Origin: Moniliella sp. 'wahieum'
Lineage: Eukaryota
DNA: 64,000 nt
Direction of reading: 5' to 3'
Assembly (NCBI GenBank): GCA_003971905.1
Contig: RSEE01000002.1
Coordinates: 558,001-622,000, forward strand
A program made the position numbers and the translations under genes. The number at the start of each line of letters is the position of its first letter. The stretch's first letter is position 1. Positions 25,330 to 38,473 of the stretch are shown in pieces. The notes below the pieces were generated by a model, which was not told the origin of the DNA, searched no databases, and was given only the letters and a program-made list of their open reading frames with translations.

Positions 25330-27140
25330 TACTAAGGAGACAGAAGTGGCCTGAATCCCGATTGATTGAGGGGAAAAATAACTCGAACCGTGGAAAGGGT
25401 GGAAGGGAACACAGCGGTCTCTACTATAACACCCATACTGGCACTGTCTCCAGACCTGCACCAGATACTCTGGAAGATTAATCGGAAAGAATGCCCTGAC
25501 GGGACTGCCGAATCCAAGTTGCGATATCCCGAATTAACGGTGGAAGTTTCTGCCCATCCGTCGAGAACTGAAGGAAGCCGGCGCACTACCGACCCCTTTT
25601 TGATAGTGTACACGTCATCAATATCTATCGTGGCCTTGATGTCGCTGATGTCAGAAACCTTATTTATTCTGACATCCAGGATGTCAGCGCCATCTCTGCT
25701 CTCCCTAGCTATCCTCGTGTCAAGGACGCGAGTGAGGTCAAATCTGTTGTCGGTGATCACAACGACATCAGTGCCATCAGTCTTCAAGCTTCAACGTTCA
25801 AAAGCAAAGGCAATGGTCCCTGGATCTGCTTATGCAACGTCGATGGTGGCGGTCAGAGGGGCAGGCACCCTCGCATCGTATCTTTGTGCGGGGCGATGGT
25901 CCCGTGTTCCACCGCTGTTCCGCCCTTGGGTGTGTTTGCCGCGTATTCGCTGCTTCGCCACAGTTGACCAGCGATAGGCCAGGCATTCATCAATCACACC
26001 ACTACTTTTCTTTGCATCTCGTCCAACTAAGCGATCTGTGGGCAACCGCTATGCGCCTCATAGGAAACCACCGGGCCCACGGCCCGGTCTGCTGAGGCTT
26101 CACCCCAGCCTGTTGGGCTGGGTTACCGTTGCCACCGTAGCCGCCGTTCCACTGCTCCCCGGTCCACCATTCCACGCTGGAACCCTTCCACGCTGGAGAG
26201 ACAAAATAATATCACCAACGAGGAGACCACCGGGCCTACGGCCCGGTCAGCTCTTCGCCCCAGCTCGGTGCTTGGCCGCCACCTTAGTCACCGTTCCCCC
26301 TAGAGATACGCGCTGGCTGGGTGGACTGGAACGTGGCACACGTTAGCTGATGTAAAAGTGTACAGGGGTGTTTCCCATTTCCCATTTTTTCACCCGGCCT
26401 CATGTAGTACGAAGTGTACTAGAGTACTGGTGGAGCTAGTGCCTAGCGGCTAGTGAAGCTTGAAGCTTGAAGAGCTAGTGAAGCGAAGCTTGAAGAGATT
26501 ATCGATTGGCATGGGATCTGAGAATCGCAGTAGGCGATCAGTCGACGGCGCCGCAGGCAGCAGGGCTGTACTGGTGCTCCCATGCGGCCCCGTGCGCCGC
26601 CAGCACAGGGGCTGTGTAGTGTAAGGTGCATCCCAAAGCATCTAAATACGATGGGCGTGAGAAAAATGGTCTCGTCGGCCTGAGCAAACGAGCAACTCAT
26701 GTAACGCCGCAGCGTACCGGAAGGCGGTACATGAGAGCACCGCGACGCCTTTAAAGCTCTGTCAATGATAGGGATGCAGTATAGAGAATACTAGTAACTC
26801 CACTCCTCTGAGTGGTATGGTTCGGTGTAATCGTCATCTAATGTCCTTTTGACCCAAGTTGCAGCACGGTGTTGAGCAACCGGATACCTCCTTTGTTTTG
26901 GCCAACGTCTCCAATCGCCAAGTGGCGCCCCAGTATAGGGTAAAGGCGTAGTGTAAAAGCGCGGAACCTTCCTGGTCATTCCTTCCAATACTCGTTTTCC
27001 TGGAAGGCACAGGAGTATTCTCTATAGTCTCTGTATTTTCTTGACTCTTGTTACGAGGCGCTCCGGTGTCTCCCGACGCAGAGCCCCGTATGTCATAGGC
27101 ATCTCTTACTAGCACGTCAGTCTCTACATAGGCTAGCAAG
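25330..27140 (-). mobile_element. Possible decayed Ty3/gypsy-like gag-protease relic
   Basis: Broken minus-strand frames read, in order, 'RKVPRFY..DW..W', a Gly/Asn-rich stretch, 'LVNCGEAAN' (zinc-knuckle-like remnant) and 'IKATIDIDD' (resembles retropepsin ALIDSG but lacks D-S/T-G). The resemblance was judged by eye only. Confidence 0.25.
26061..26310. repeat. Diverged ~159-bp tandem duplication, each copy with an ACCGGGCC-YAC-GGCCCGGT hairpin
   Basis: Hairpins at 26070-26088 and 26229-26247, with similar flanks (ga[a/g]acc before; ccccagc..gccacc.tag.c.ccgttcc after). Confidence 0.75.
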
Positions 27141-28997
27141 AGAGAGTTATCTATCGACTATCCATGCAGCTGGCATCCTTCGCAGCCCGCTCAATATGGG
27201 CGCATGGGTACTGTTATGCATTATGGGGCGCTCCGGTCATCGATCATCTCTCTCCGGACACCGAGCCCCACATGTCGTATAGAACCCTCATCGACGCACA
27301 CGCCATTCCCACGACTGTGAGTAAGAGCCAGCACGGACGACTTGCCACGGATGTTTTCCGCGGAGTGCCAGGAGAGGACCGGACTTAACGGTACGAAGCT
27401 TCGTATCCGCGGGGCATCCGGTCTTGATAGAACTCCACATCGACTGCGGCACACCGGCTCGCAGTCTGGACAGAACATGCCGCCCTTTGCCGTTTACTAC
27501 TGTAGATTCCCCTTCCTTCTGTTGACGCCTGTTGTGATGTTACGATATATAAGCAGTCCGGTCTGAGGCTTGCTGGCGGTGATCCTCACCGCCCAACCCC
27601 GTCAACCCCCGTCTCTATACTCCCGACTTCCCTCTTCACTCTTCACCCTTATACGCTTACGAATTTACGCCTTACGTCGAGCACTCTGCAAGTCGCGGTT
27701 ACTATCAGTAGCGCTTGCTCTTCTTTAGGACTCTATCTGTCCCCGCCAACTATAGCGTACCAACAAGTGTGGTAACGCCGCGAGGAACGGAGTAATTCCC
27801 GAGATCCTGGACCCTGCAATTGGTCTTACGACTTGCGAACACGGCTCCTACCTCGGAGGGTCTGAGCTGCGGCCTTTGCACGCAGGCAGCCACCCAAACT
27901 AGAGGGTCTCTCCCTTGCCTCTACACCCGCTCGGTTCAACCAGGATCTGAAGCAGGACCTAACGTACGTAACTCTAATGCCATGTCCAAGGGCTTTCACC
28001 CCTAAATGCCTGGGTCGAGCTCCGTCTCGGGGCTCGCCCCATGTGCATGACATTTGTAGGGTAAAAATCTTCCTCGTAATAGTGTGGGAGTTTTTGTAGG
28101 TGCGCGAATACCCTGCACTTAAGGGATCCCGCACTAGGACAGTCGGGGTGACACCGTAGGAGGAAAGCTTCCTGGTCACAGCCCCCTGCGAACCCTCTGC
28201 CGTACGGGTGTGGGGCGCAGCTGGAAACGCTCCTGTATTCGCTCTTCCTCGACTCGGTTCTCGCTTGCAGCCGTCGGCTGGGCCATTACACACAGGATTC
28301 ATCGATTCATCCTCCGCTCGCAGGTCACTAGGGTCACTGTCGCACTCTGGTCCGCATATATCCTCCCAACCCTGATTGCAGCCCGCGCGGCACAGTTCCA
28401 TACTACATAACCGCGCGCAGACATGAAGGCCATGTGCTCACTGCTCATTTCTGTGCCACTGGTTGTTCAGTGTTCAACCTTCAGTCCTCTTCGCCACCAC
28501 CTCTCCTCCCTCCTCCCCCCTTCTTCCCCTTCTTCTCGCTCACCTCGTTACTTGATTATTACTCGTTGATCGTCTGTGGTTTTGAGAATAAGTATCTCCA
28601 GGTCAGAACCTTCAAGCTTCACGCGTCGCGACACGGTATTCACTTTGAGGAAGGGTTCAAATCCACGTTGGTCGGAACCGATGCAACTGGGGAGTTATAT
28701 AGTCGATCAGGCTAACCCGTAGGTGGGGAGGCGTGAATTAATCGATAATAGTACTAGGTGAAGAGGGAACGACCGTACGTATGCTTGGGGTTTTCGCGCT
28801 CCTGCGGCTAGGCGTTGCATTCCCTTGGCGCAGCTGGGATGCGTTGCTGTCATTCGCCTCTATGCGCGAGCTCACACAAGAGCATGATATGAGCGGGACA
28901 GCGAAGAAAGGAGCACTTGATAACCTGCGAGTCGGAACGGTGTTGGGACAACGACCTCTGATAGTATAAATGCAAGCTCAACTCACAATCACTGTGA

Positions 28998-29045
28998 TTC
29001 ACCACCACCACCACCAACACCAACAACAACAACAACAACAAGAAC
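28998..29045 (+). repeat. (CAC)n/(CAA)n microsatellite upstream of the OPT start
   Basis: caccaccaccaccaccaacaccaacaacaacaacaacaac is seen directly. Confidence 0.9.
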
Positions 29046-29095
29046 ACCGAGAGCACTAACACCAACACAACAAGCAAAACAAAAGGCTAGACATC

Positions 29096-31837
29096 ATGTC
29101 GACTCCTCGTTCGAACGGGCTCAACGAAGCAGATGGGGAACGGACCGACCCACTGTCCAAAGACTCAGGCCTTCCGTCCACGCCGGATGCCATCGACTCT
29201 CTTCAGCCCTCACAAGTGATAGCATAGCCTCAACAAATCACGCGACGTACAAGAACACTACCCCGTTTTCGTTCAAAAACACAGTCGAGCACGACAACGA
29301 GAATGGGATGGAAACAGAGTCACTCTTGGAAAACACGCTCTATCACAACGACCGACTGCTGAATCCACATGATGAACCCTCTGCGACACGACCCGCGACA
29401 AACGAAACCGAGGATCGGGCCAGTGGGGTGAAGGCGCCAACAATGGATATGAAAACGACACAGACGAAGAGAAGGTTCTGGACTTGGCTGATGCGCGGGT
29501 GCGCGCAATTGTGCCTAACGAAGACGACCCAGATATGCCATGCAACACGATCCGCACCTGGCTGCTTTCCATGATCCTGGCCCTCGGCCTCACCACCGCC
29601 CTCATGGCTATGGAGATCCGAGGAGACTCGACCGAACCACAGACCTTTGTGTCTACAAGTGCGGTGTTGGTACAGCCATTCACCTACTGTTTGGGTTTCG
29701 CGCTATCGAAAATACCGTACCCATCGCATTGGCCCCTGGCTTGGTTCCTCAACCCGGGCCCATTTAACCTCAAGGAACATGCGTGCGTTCCAACTTCCGG
29801 GAAGTTGCGGTTGCTGTGAAAGAGATATCTGGCTGACACGTGTGATTCTTTCGCGCAAGATCTGCACCATCGTCGCTGCGATTGCCATGGGCCCCAACCT
29901 AACCTTGCAATCCTTGGCCGGAATGTCTCAATTGACGAATGGTCAATGGACGACGGATGGCACACAAAAAGAGACCAGATTCCCACCCGGCTTCCTCTTT
30001 CTCATTTACCTCTCGACCCCATTCTTGGATTTGCCTTGGCCGGTCTTGCCACGTCTTCTCATTTGGCCTGGTGAGTTGATTTATCCTCAGCAGCTTCAGA
30101 CCAGTGCAATGTTGACGGCCTTACACGGGGTTCGGCGTGGCAACTGGAACCGTCGTCTCGTCTTCTGGATTGTGGCGACGGTCATGTTCTTCTGGCACTG
30201 GATCCCGCTATTTTTCTATCAACCTATGGCAAGGTTCGAGTGGCCGACGTGGATGGCTCCGTCCAACTTTGTGGTCAATCTATTGTTTGATTCAAAGGGT
30301 GGCATGGGCTGGTCTTTTGGTCCCTGGACTGGACTACAGTGATCACAGCGTTGAATTCACCCTTGATCGTACCGTGGGGCGCGCTGGTCAACGTATTTTG
30401 TGGCTTCGCTGTTGCCATGTGGGTCATTGCCCTCCCGATCTTTTCACTAACAAGAACCTAGCGGCCTGCATTCCCTACGCGGTTATGAACGTGATTTGGT
30501 ACCCACGGCTGCATGCCACCGACATGCATATCAACCCCTTGCCCCAAGACATGAATCTAGATCTCTCCCAATTTGATTCGCCCGACCCACCCCAGGGCTA
30601 CTTTTCTGCCACACGTCATGTCCTGGGCGTTTTCCTATGCTGCCTGCACCGCCTTGCTCGTGCACACCGCTTTTCCTGGCGGCGACCTACGCCGCTGGTG
30701 GAAAGTGTCCAAGGTAGCTGATTCTCCTGATCCCCACGCCCGCCAACTCGCCCGCTACCCGGCTGTTCCCACCTGGTGGTACCTGTGTTTATTTCTGGTT
30801 GCCTTTCTTTGCCATCCCCATGGTGCACGTGTACCACACCTCGGTACCGGTTTGGGCGATTGTGCTTGCCCTCGCGCTGGCTGCAATCTTCATTGTTCCA
30901 GTGGGCATTGCATTGGTCGGACGTCGGTGGAGCTGAAGTGTGGAGCCCTTGGCGACGTTGATTGCTAGTGCTTCTCTGCCTGGGCACACGACCATCCCCG
31001 CTCTTTCAGATATGCTGCGGGGGAAGCATCACACAAGCGATGCTCTACTGTGGCTGCTCCAAACTGGCAGTCTACTTAAGATCCCACCACGAACCACCTT
31101 CTTTGTAATCGTGGGAACCCAATTGGCCTGCTCAGTGTTGCAAAGTGGAATCTGGGTGGGGTGGAGTGATGCGCTGCAAATCAGCATCATTACCAAAGCG
31201 CGGGTTGTAGGTTTGTACGATCCCATATATTGGACTGGCGTCGGGCTTCACAAGAACGGCTTCCTGCATCAATACCAGTGGACTTTGTACTTTTTCCTTA
31301 TTGGCGCAGTCGCGCCACTGCTCTTGTACCTTGTCGGACGCATGTCCCCTCGCTTGAATCACTTTGCTCACCTCCGCTCGCTCCATTGGCCGCTCTTCTT
31401 TGGTGGTGTATCGCAAGTCTCACTTTATTCACGATTTGCTGGACCGCTGGTTTTTGGGGGGCTGTCACTCACCTACTGTTCTCCCGTCGTCGGCAGTGAA
31501 TTATGGATTGCAGTACGTCCACTACTCTATCTTTCCTTTGTATTGTTCACGGGATGAATGTGGCTAACTCTCTTCTCTAACAAAATCTCTGGATCGGCTA
31601 TCGCCAGGATGAATTACGTTCTCTCTGCCGCCGCTTCTGTGGGAAGTTCGCTTGTTCAACCATCATCGCGGCCATGGAGTATAGTACGGATGACACTGAC
31701 ACCCGCTTTTCCCGCTTCGTCAACCACCTGAACAACCTTGGGCCCCAGAACGACTACGGCGATACCCTGGAAAAACTCTGGTCTGGAACGACACGCTTTT
31801 TCCCAACAGGAACGCGCCTCCCAACGCGGTCTAGTTG
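29096..31837 (+). CDS. Oligopeptide transporter (OPT family), divergent copy
   Basis: VRAIVPNEDDPDMPCNTIRTW, NPGPFNLKEH, LIWPGELIYPQ.L, DPHARQLARYPAVPTWWYL, KIPPRTTF and HWPLFFG. It has introns and several frameshifts, so both ends are approximate. Confidence 0.85.
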
Positions 31838-33162
31838 ACCCCTTGCCAATCCAGCCGGAGACCGTCGGCAGATGTCAGCGTCAACGACGGAATCCCTTTT
31901 CCCTGCCTTTCCTTTTCCATATGCTCATCCATTGCAATCGCGATATGGCATCTGTCGGGATCAGACTCACTTGATCACGTTCTTTGTCACCAAGTTGTCT
32001 GGCCCCCTTGATTTATTCTAGGCCCTGTTTTCCCCCTTTGGATTGTGCGCCCTTTGCCCTCCACGGCTGCGGGGTTGGTATGGGATAAAGTATGATCGAT
32101 AAACCCAGGTTTCCGGAAGAAGTTCACATCCCTCTCGTTACATAGGAAAAAGCCGTGCCAGAAAGTTCCCGGAACAACTGGCTTAAAAGCACGGCCATAA
32201 ACTTAATTGCGCTTGGCCATTATCCATATCTCGCTATAATAGAAGTACTTAGCTTAACCTCGTGTTTGCGCCAGGGGTATAAATCCGAGAAATTTGCACC
32301 TGTTTAATCCTATGTTCGATCAAATGCATTTTTGGATGGGTTAGGGTGTCCATTCTGGCCTGCGGTCACATCAACTTTCGTTGTCGTGGCCTTAAACGTT
32401 GCGCTTCAAACTTGATGCCCCTTCCGCACCCAGGGCCACACATCCACCATCTCTCCTGTGGCCACCTTCTCCTCCAAAGCAATGGGTTAGGTTAGGGGGT
32501 GCAAGGTCTGATGACCAGTGTAAGCATAAAAACGTACCGCCAAATCGAAAATGCGACGCCGCACATGCTCGACCAAGTCGGCTTCAGGAACACCGTCAAC
32601 AGAACTTGGATAAACTTTTTGACACACGACCGCTATGGGCCAGAAGTTGTCCCGGGTCAAAAGTGAACTCTTCCAGACCTTGAGGGGAACAAGCCGCTTG
32701 CGGACGGAAAACCAAGCTTAAATCCTTATTGTTGCCGATCCTGCTCTCGGGATGCAGACAAACCCATACTGCGAACCATTTGTACCATTTCTGTCAGTGG
32801 TGATAGCGAGTGACGACGGAGAAAGACTGACGGTAAATATTATAGCCGTGTGAAGTCGGGATAATACCAGCAGATTTGGCTGATGCAGAACAAGGGAAAC
32901 AGACAGAGAAGCGAGAAAACGTTGGCTCTAGTGCGTCTGAAGAGTAGCCAGCGAAAAACGGACGTGGGCCAAATGTGCAATAAAGTAGATGCACTGTATA
33001 TCAAGGAGAAGATCGATGTGCTCTCTGGACTACACTCGCTTCGTTGCACCAATTATATAAGAGCGTGCATGGGCGACGACTAAGCCCCTTGTCCGGTGCT
33101 ATTACCCCGAGTTGGATTCGCTTGTGTTGGAGCACGTTGTCATCGCTGCTGAACTAGTGGCA

Positions 33163-33208
33163 TTAGTAGTAATAGAAGTAGTAATAGTAGTATAGTAGTA
33201 ATGATAGT
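33163..33208 (+). repeat. Imperfect (AGT/AAT)n microsatellite
   Basis: tagtagtaatagaagtagtaatagtagtatagtagtaatgatag. Confidence 0.7.
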
Positions 33209-35981
33209 CGAGCAGGACTCCCTCTCTACTGATGAACGTGATGCCTTTTTATCGATTATCGCAGGAGCGCGATTTCTTCCCCGCTAAGGCGGACAAACTA
33301 GCCAACTAGAATGCAGAGAACCCAAACCGACTTCATCGGGCTGTAAGCTGTACCATTCTACACACAATCTCCTACCCCCATGGTTTCATAAGAACCAATA
33401 ATAGCGAGACGTTTCTCATCGCTTTGGCGCGGCATGATGCATGAAGTCGTTTCCCAGCGATAAGAAAGACCATGACCGAGCATGACGACGTGCGCACAAA
33501 ACATAATACATGTGTCTCTTACATACGGCAATGGTCTGTCCATGTTACATGTTATGAGAAACGCCAGCACAACTCACAACTCATCGATGCTCAACAAGTA
33601 CTTAGGAACTCACACTGGTTCGAAATGATTGCGCTTGCCGATGAGCGGGGCAACTTCACTGTCGGATCAACGTTCAACCGAGAGCATCGCTAACCAGAGG
33701 GTCTCACGAGCGAGAAAACGTGTCGGGTTGTTTGATCGAGGAGCGCCACATCCTTGCTGAACGTTGAACACTGGGATGCCCTCGTCCTAGACCGCGGCAG
33801 AAACATCTCATCGAAAAAACCACGCTGTCGCTGCGGCATTTGTTGGCCCGCGTATTCTCCACGGTGCCGAAGGAAGACAACTGGCGAGCATATATATGCC
33901 TTGGGTCTGCAACATCAGTGCCAGGTACACTCAAGTCGTACTCAGTACAGTACTGCCGCCCTCAAAACCCTCCTGTTTGAGCGCAACGTGTGCTGGGTCT
34001 GTTTCACTGCGACCATTTAGCGCTTAGCTACGCTCTCAAAACGTCTCAAAAGATTCAAGGTGCGAGTCAACGGGTGACTCGTGTGCGGACTCGGTACTGA
34101 ACTCAGTACACTCACTGTCCTATCCCTCACGCGTCATATATTGGCACGTCTTGAATTCAGTTGTCGGCTTCAACACATCGATCGATCATTGGTATCAGAT
34201 AATCCCCCCGTCCAATTGCGCGGGTGCGGTATCTTCCCGCCTTCTTCCCCGCAGTACAACCGGATGGCCGCCTTTCGTTTTAGTGGAGACGTCCAAGCCG
34301 GCCTCGTTCGACCTCCGAGCCGACTCTTCCGACCCCCGACTCGGAGGACGAGCACGGTAACCGAGGTAAGGCCCACCGACCGGGCCTCACCACCGTCTTG
34401 ACTACTTGTGCGGACACCAGCAGTGGTTTCCCTGCGGGTTTTCCCTGCTGCCGGCGTAGGTACCGCCCGCGTCACGCGGGGCTGCACAGGGTGGCGGTTG
34501 TCGGCCCCGCGCTTACGGTTTCGCGATGCCTGTGATCATCGATCATCATCTTTCCACGAAAAGCACTGACGCTCTAACTCCAGTATGGTGGGATTCCCAG
34601 AGCCGCACGCGCTCTTCTTAGTTCCCTCGTTCCCTCATTTACCGCCGGCAGTCCACGCACATCACTCGTTTTGTTTCCAGAATTAGGCGTGCAATACGCG
34701 TGCATGCGTGCGTCGTTGGGTTTAGTGCGTGCCCTCTCCTTTCCGGAATAGCAGACGTTAGTAGTAGGCGTTAGAAAAGTTTTGAATCTCTCCTCGCTTG
34801 TTGCTTAGTATGCTCCGACCCCACCCTTTTCGTTTCGGCAGCTTTACGCGACCGAGTTCCATCCAGATAAGAGCCGGGGCCGAAAAAGCAGCGCACGGAT
34901 CACCTCGGTCGGATTACGGAGGAGGCTTTCGAAGCGACCATCGCTGCACACTGAGGTTGCAAAGATAAGGCCTAAGATGGAAGAGAACGTGTTTCGCTTC
35001 CACAAACGGCGTACATATGTGGATTTAGTTTGTTCAACGTTCCGATCGTTCGGCTCGATGAGCCACAGCCAGTGGAGCCAGCCTGACATGGTTGTCTAAT
35101 CAGGGAGACAGAGGGGAAGTGGGTGGGGGCGGCTTTGGGGGTTGCCCGCCCGCCTTTGGCCTGTCGGAGCTGGGCGGCCCTGGTCCGATACGCCCACGGC
35201 TCTTCCCACGAGGTTGGTGGGGCCGCTGACGAGCTGGCACGGCACACTAGTTCCGTGCCAAGCATAGTGTCACCCTTTCTTCCGCCTCGTCCGAATGCGG
35301 TGGCGGAGGGGGGGCTGGTCAAGCTCAACTCATGGTGGGGCCAGCGGCATCACGCACCGAAGTGCTCGTGTACGTGTATCCGCCGGACGTGGCCTCGGCT
35401 AGGAGGCGCCTTGGCCAGGGCTCTGAACTCTGAACGCATACATGTCGGTCGTTCTCTTGGGATAGCTGATAGCCTTGCGGGCGGGGAAGCCGGCAGTGGC
35501 GGAGCGCTGACGTGGCGCTGCGGGCTGTCACATCATGGACGTGTCCTGTCATGTGATGCCTGTCACATGTGCGTCACAGGGGACGCCCCCTGTCACACTT
35601 CAGTATGAAGCGGAAGCTTGAAGCTTGAAGCTTGATAGCCACCCGCTCAGCCCGGCGTCGCACCGGGGCGCATCCCGCGCACCAGGCACCCCCTGGCAGC
35701 ATCCCCCACCCCCTGGCAGCGCAGCAAAAATGATCGATGGGAGAGGGACCGATTAGGGAACTGGCGACTGCTTGGGCGTAACGCGTAATTAGGCCTTACC
35801 CGCAGCTCGCCGCTGTCTCGCATCTGCTCTGAAATTTCAACCGGACGCCGTGCTGGGCCTCCGCCACACCCGCCTGTCTGCCTTTTTCGGTCTGCCTGCG
35901 CGTCTGCTTCCCTGCCTTGGCTCGCCGCCCCGCCTCCTCCCGTCTCCCACAGCCGCCCCTCTGCGGCTGCCCACCACCGCC

Positions 35982-37953
35982 ATGGCCAGCCTCGTGTCGC
36001 ACCTGCACGAGCCACCGCCATCCTACTTTGCCGCCCTCCGCCCCCCTCGCCCTCTGTCTCCGCCTCCCCGTCCGCCTCTCCTTCCGCGTCCGACTCCGAG
36101 TCCGATGCCCCCTCCTCCCCGTTCCCCGCCTCCTCCGACCCACGCCCCAGCACCGCCCCAGCGCCAGCGCCTGCGACACCCGCTCCTTCTCCACCCACCC
36201 GACTCCCACCGTCCTCGTCCCCTCCTCTTCCCAGTTCCAGCCAGCAGCGCTCCTCTGACCGCCACGTTCGTCGTGCCTCCCACCACCGTCTTGCCAACAC
36301 CGACGACTCTGCCGCATCTGAGCACAGGCCGTCTCGTTCGTCTGTTGCCTCCCTGCCATCGGCCCGCACGCAGCCCCCACGAGCCTCCATCAACAGGCTG
36401 CCCCCGCTCCCCTGGATGCCGGTCAGGAGATCAGGGACGAAGGGGTGCAGGATCGTTTCCTGTCGCGGAACCGCCTAGCGATTCAGCCTTTGGATTCACC
36501 AGTGGCGATGGCGAAACTGATCCGGAGCATGAGTGGGACGGGGATGCTGTTGCTCCCTTTTCGCGCAGCAAGCAAAGAGAGAAAGATGCGAAACGAAAAG
36601 AAGAAGACAAAGAAGCACTGTTGTTCTTATTTTTGCTCTACCCGCTTCGGTTGTTGGCGATTGTACCTGAAGTTCTTGCGGCCCACACATTGTTGCGCAA
36701 GAGCATCATCCTCGCCTTGTCCCAACAGGACTTGCGGCGTGTTGGTTTACGCCGAGATCCCGGTCCGCTGGAACTGTTCATGGCGATTTTCTGGGTACGT
36801 TTTTGAGTCGGGGGTCTGGGGTGCCTAGGTGCCTACTCCTTTTTTGTACTTGTGTGTATGCGATGAGCGACGAGCGACTGACCGACCGAGGCGGGATGTT
36901 GGTGGGGTGCTTGTGTATTCGGTACAGATCATGAGTTCTGCCTTCCATGCACTGTCGTTTACGACACTTTTACTGCGACGCTGGCTGTTGTACTATGCCA
37001 TCTTCCCTTCGCTCGTGAGGCTGGTACTGCTACAAGCGCTCTGCTGGACCTTGGTGCATACCACGCTCTGGTGGTTTGGTCCCAACCAAGATTTGCCCGC
37101 TTGGATCGTGATTAGCGTCACGACGGCGTTTAGCGACATTGTGACGCGTTGGATGACGAGCAACATTGCCGATATGCCGCCTCCTTCCTCGCGTGCGCTC
37201 ACGGCTAGTTCGCAAGGCGTCGGGTTTTGGGACCGGAGAGGACGGACGTGGAAGAAGGGTATGCGCTGGTGATCAAGCTCATCATGGGCGACCCGATACA
37301 GCATGGGGAAGACGGGTGGGACGAGGAGCAAATGGAAGAGATGGATGGGTGGGCCGAGACAGGTGCAGGCACTGGTACTGGTGCCTCCCCTTCCGGTTCC
37401 CCATCTTCATCCTTATCCCCTTCCCCCTCCCCACCCCCAACCTCATCCCTCCGCACCCAACAAGCGCGACAACAACAACACCTCTTATCTGCATTGACGC
37501 GCGAACTGTTCCAAGCCGAAACGGAGCTGCATAATTTGCAGCACGCCAGTCCCGGTGCGTGGGACCGGTCCGAACCCAGCGCTCGACAGAGCCGGGTCAG
37601 TGCCGCGCGCGCTCAAGCCCAAGCCGAGTTGACCACTACCATCCAAGCGATCCAAGCGGCCATCCGACAAACCACGTCACCCTCGGCTCGAGGCTTGGGA
37701 TGGGACCGAGCAAGCGAACCTACTCGACTTCCTCAGGGGGAATGCGAATGGTCCCGGGCTGAAGAAGCGGACGGTTGTTCCTTCTGGGCGGGGTAAGACG
37801 GCCCAAGTCCGTTCGGACCGGCCGAGGGGATTGAAGCGGCGTATGATGGGCCGGAGGGTGTTCCATTGGCACGTTGCGCTGTTGCGCAACGGATTGCCCG
37901 TTGCCCTCTTGAGTTTTGTCACACTTTGGGTACTGCTGATTGATGGCATGTAA
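35982..37953 (+). CDS. EOS1: Eos1-family ER membrane / N-glycosylation protein; intron ~36795-36928
   Basis: MASLVSHLHEPPPSY.., RLLAIVP, ELFMAIFW|..SAFHALSFTTLLLRRWLLYYAIFPSLVRLVLLQALCW and WMTSNI match the Eos1 family. The C-terminus RRVFHW..TM is frameshifted. Confidence 0.75.
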
Positions 37954-38473
37954 CATGCAACATATGCACTAAGGTTTCCGCAGTTCCTCTTCCGAGTTTC
38001 TAGGCGTTTCTAGGATCTTCCTACGTCCCAGGTTTAGGTTTGGGCTTGGGTTTGGGCTTCTGCTGCATCAGGTTCGTAGGAGGAACAATGGCAGTTCTGG
38101 ATTGCCCCATCCTTTCTCTCTCAGCGGGGCACAAGGGGTATACAGTAGTAGTAGAGTGGCGGGGCTTGAGGGGTAGAGGAGCGAGAGATGGGATGGGTGT
38201 TGATTGGCCTGGGACAGTCTACAGAAGCTAGGAGGGAAAGAGCAACTGACGCAATGGGAGACGAAGCGCTACGACTCGTCTGTTCCGCTTCCTGTTGTCC
38301 AACTCCTGTCCAGCCACTGTGGTGAAAGGCGACGCCACCTCGCCCAAGCGGTGACCGTCACCCGTCACGTGCCCGCACGGAAGCTTTTAATTTAGTTTTC
38401 GTTCTGACGGCGGGGGGCTTGTTCGTGTTCTTTTCTCTTAGCTGGCCAACCGCTTCGCCCACCACCACCCCCC

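Noticed and set aside
26061..26125. Hammerhead-ribozyme-like look (GAAAC, hairpin, CTGCTGAG)
   Set aside because: The core is CUGCUGA rather than CUGANGA, and the GAAA/UH elements are not in a workable order.
32335..32500. TTAGGG-like words (gggttagggtg, gggttaggttagggg)
   Set aside because: Only one or two imperfect units; not an interstitial telomere array.
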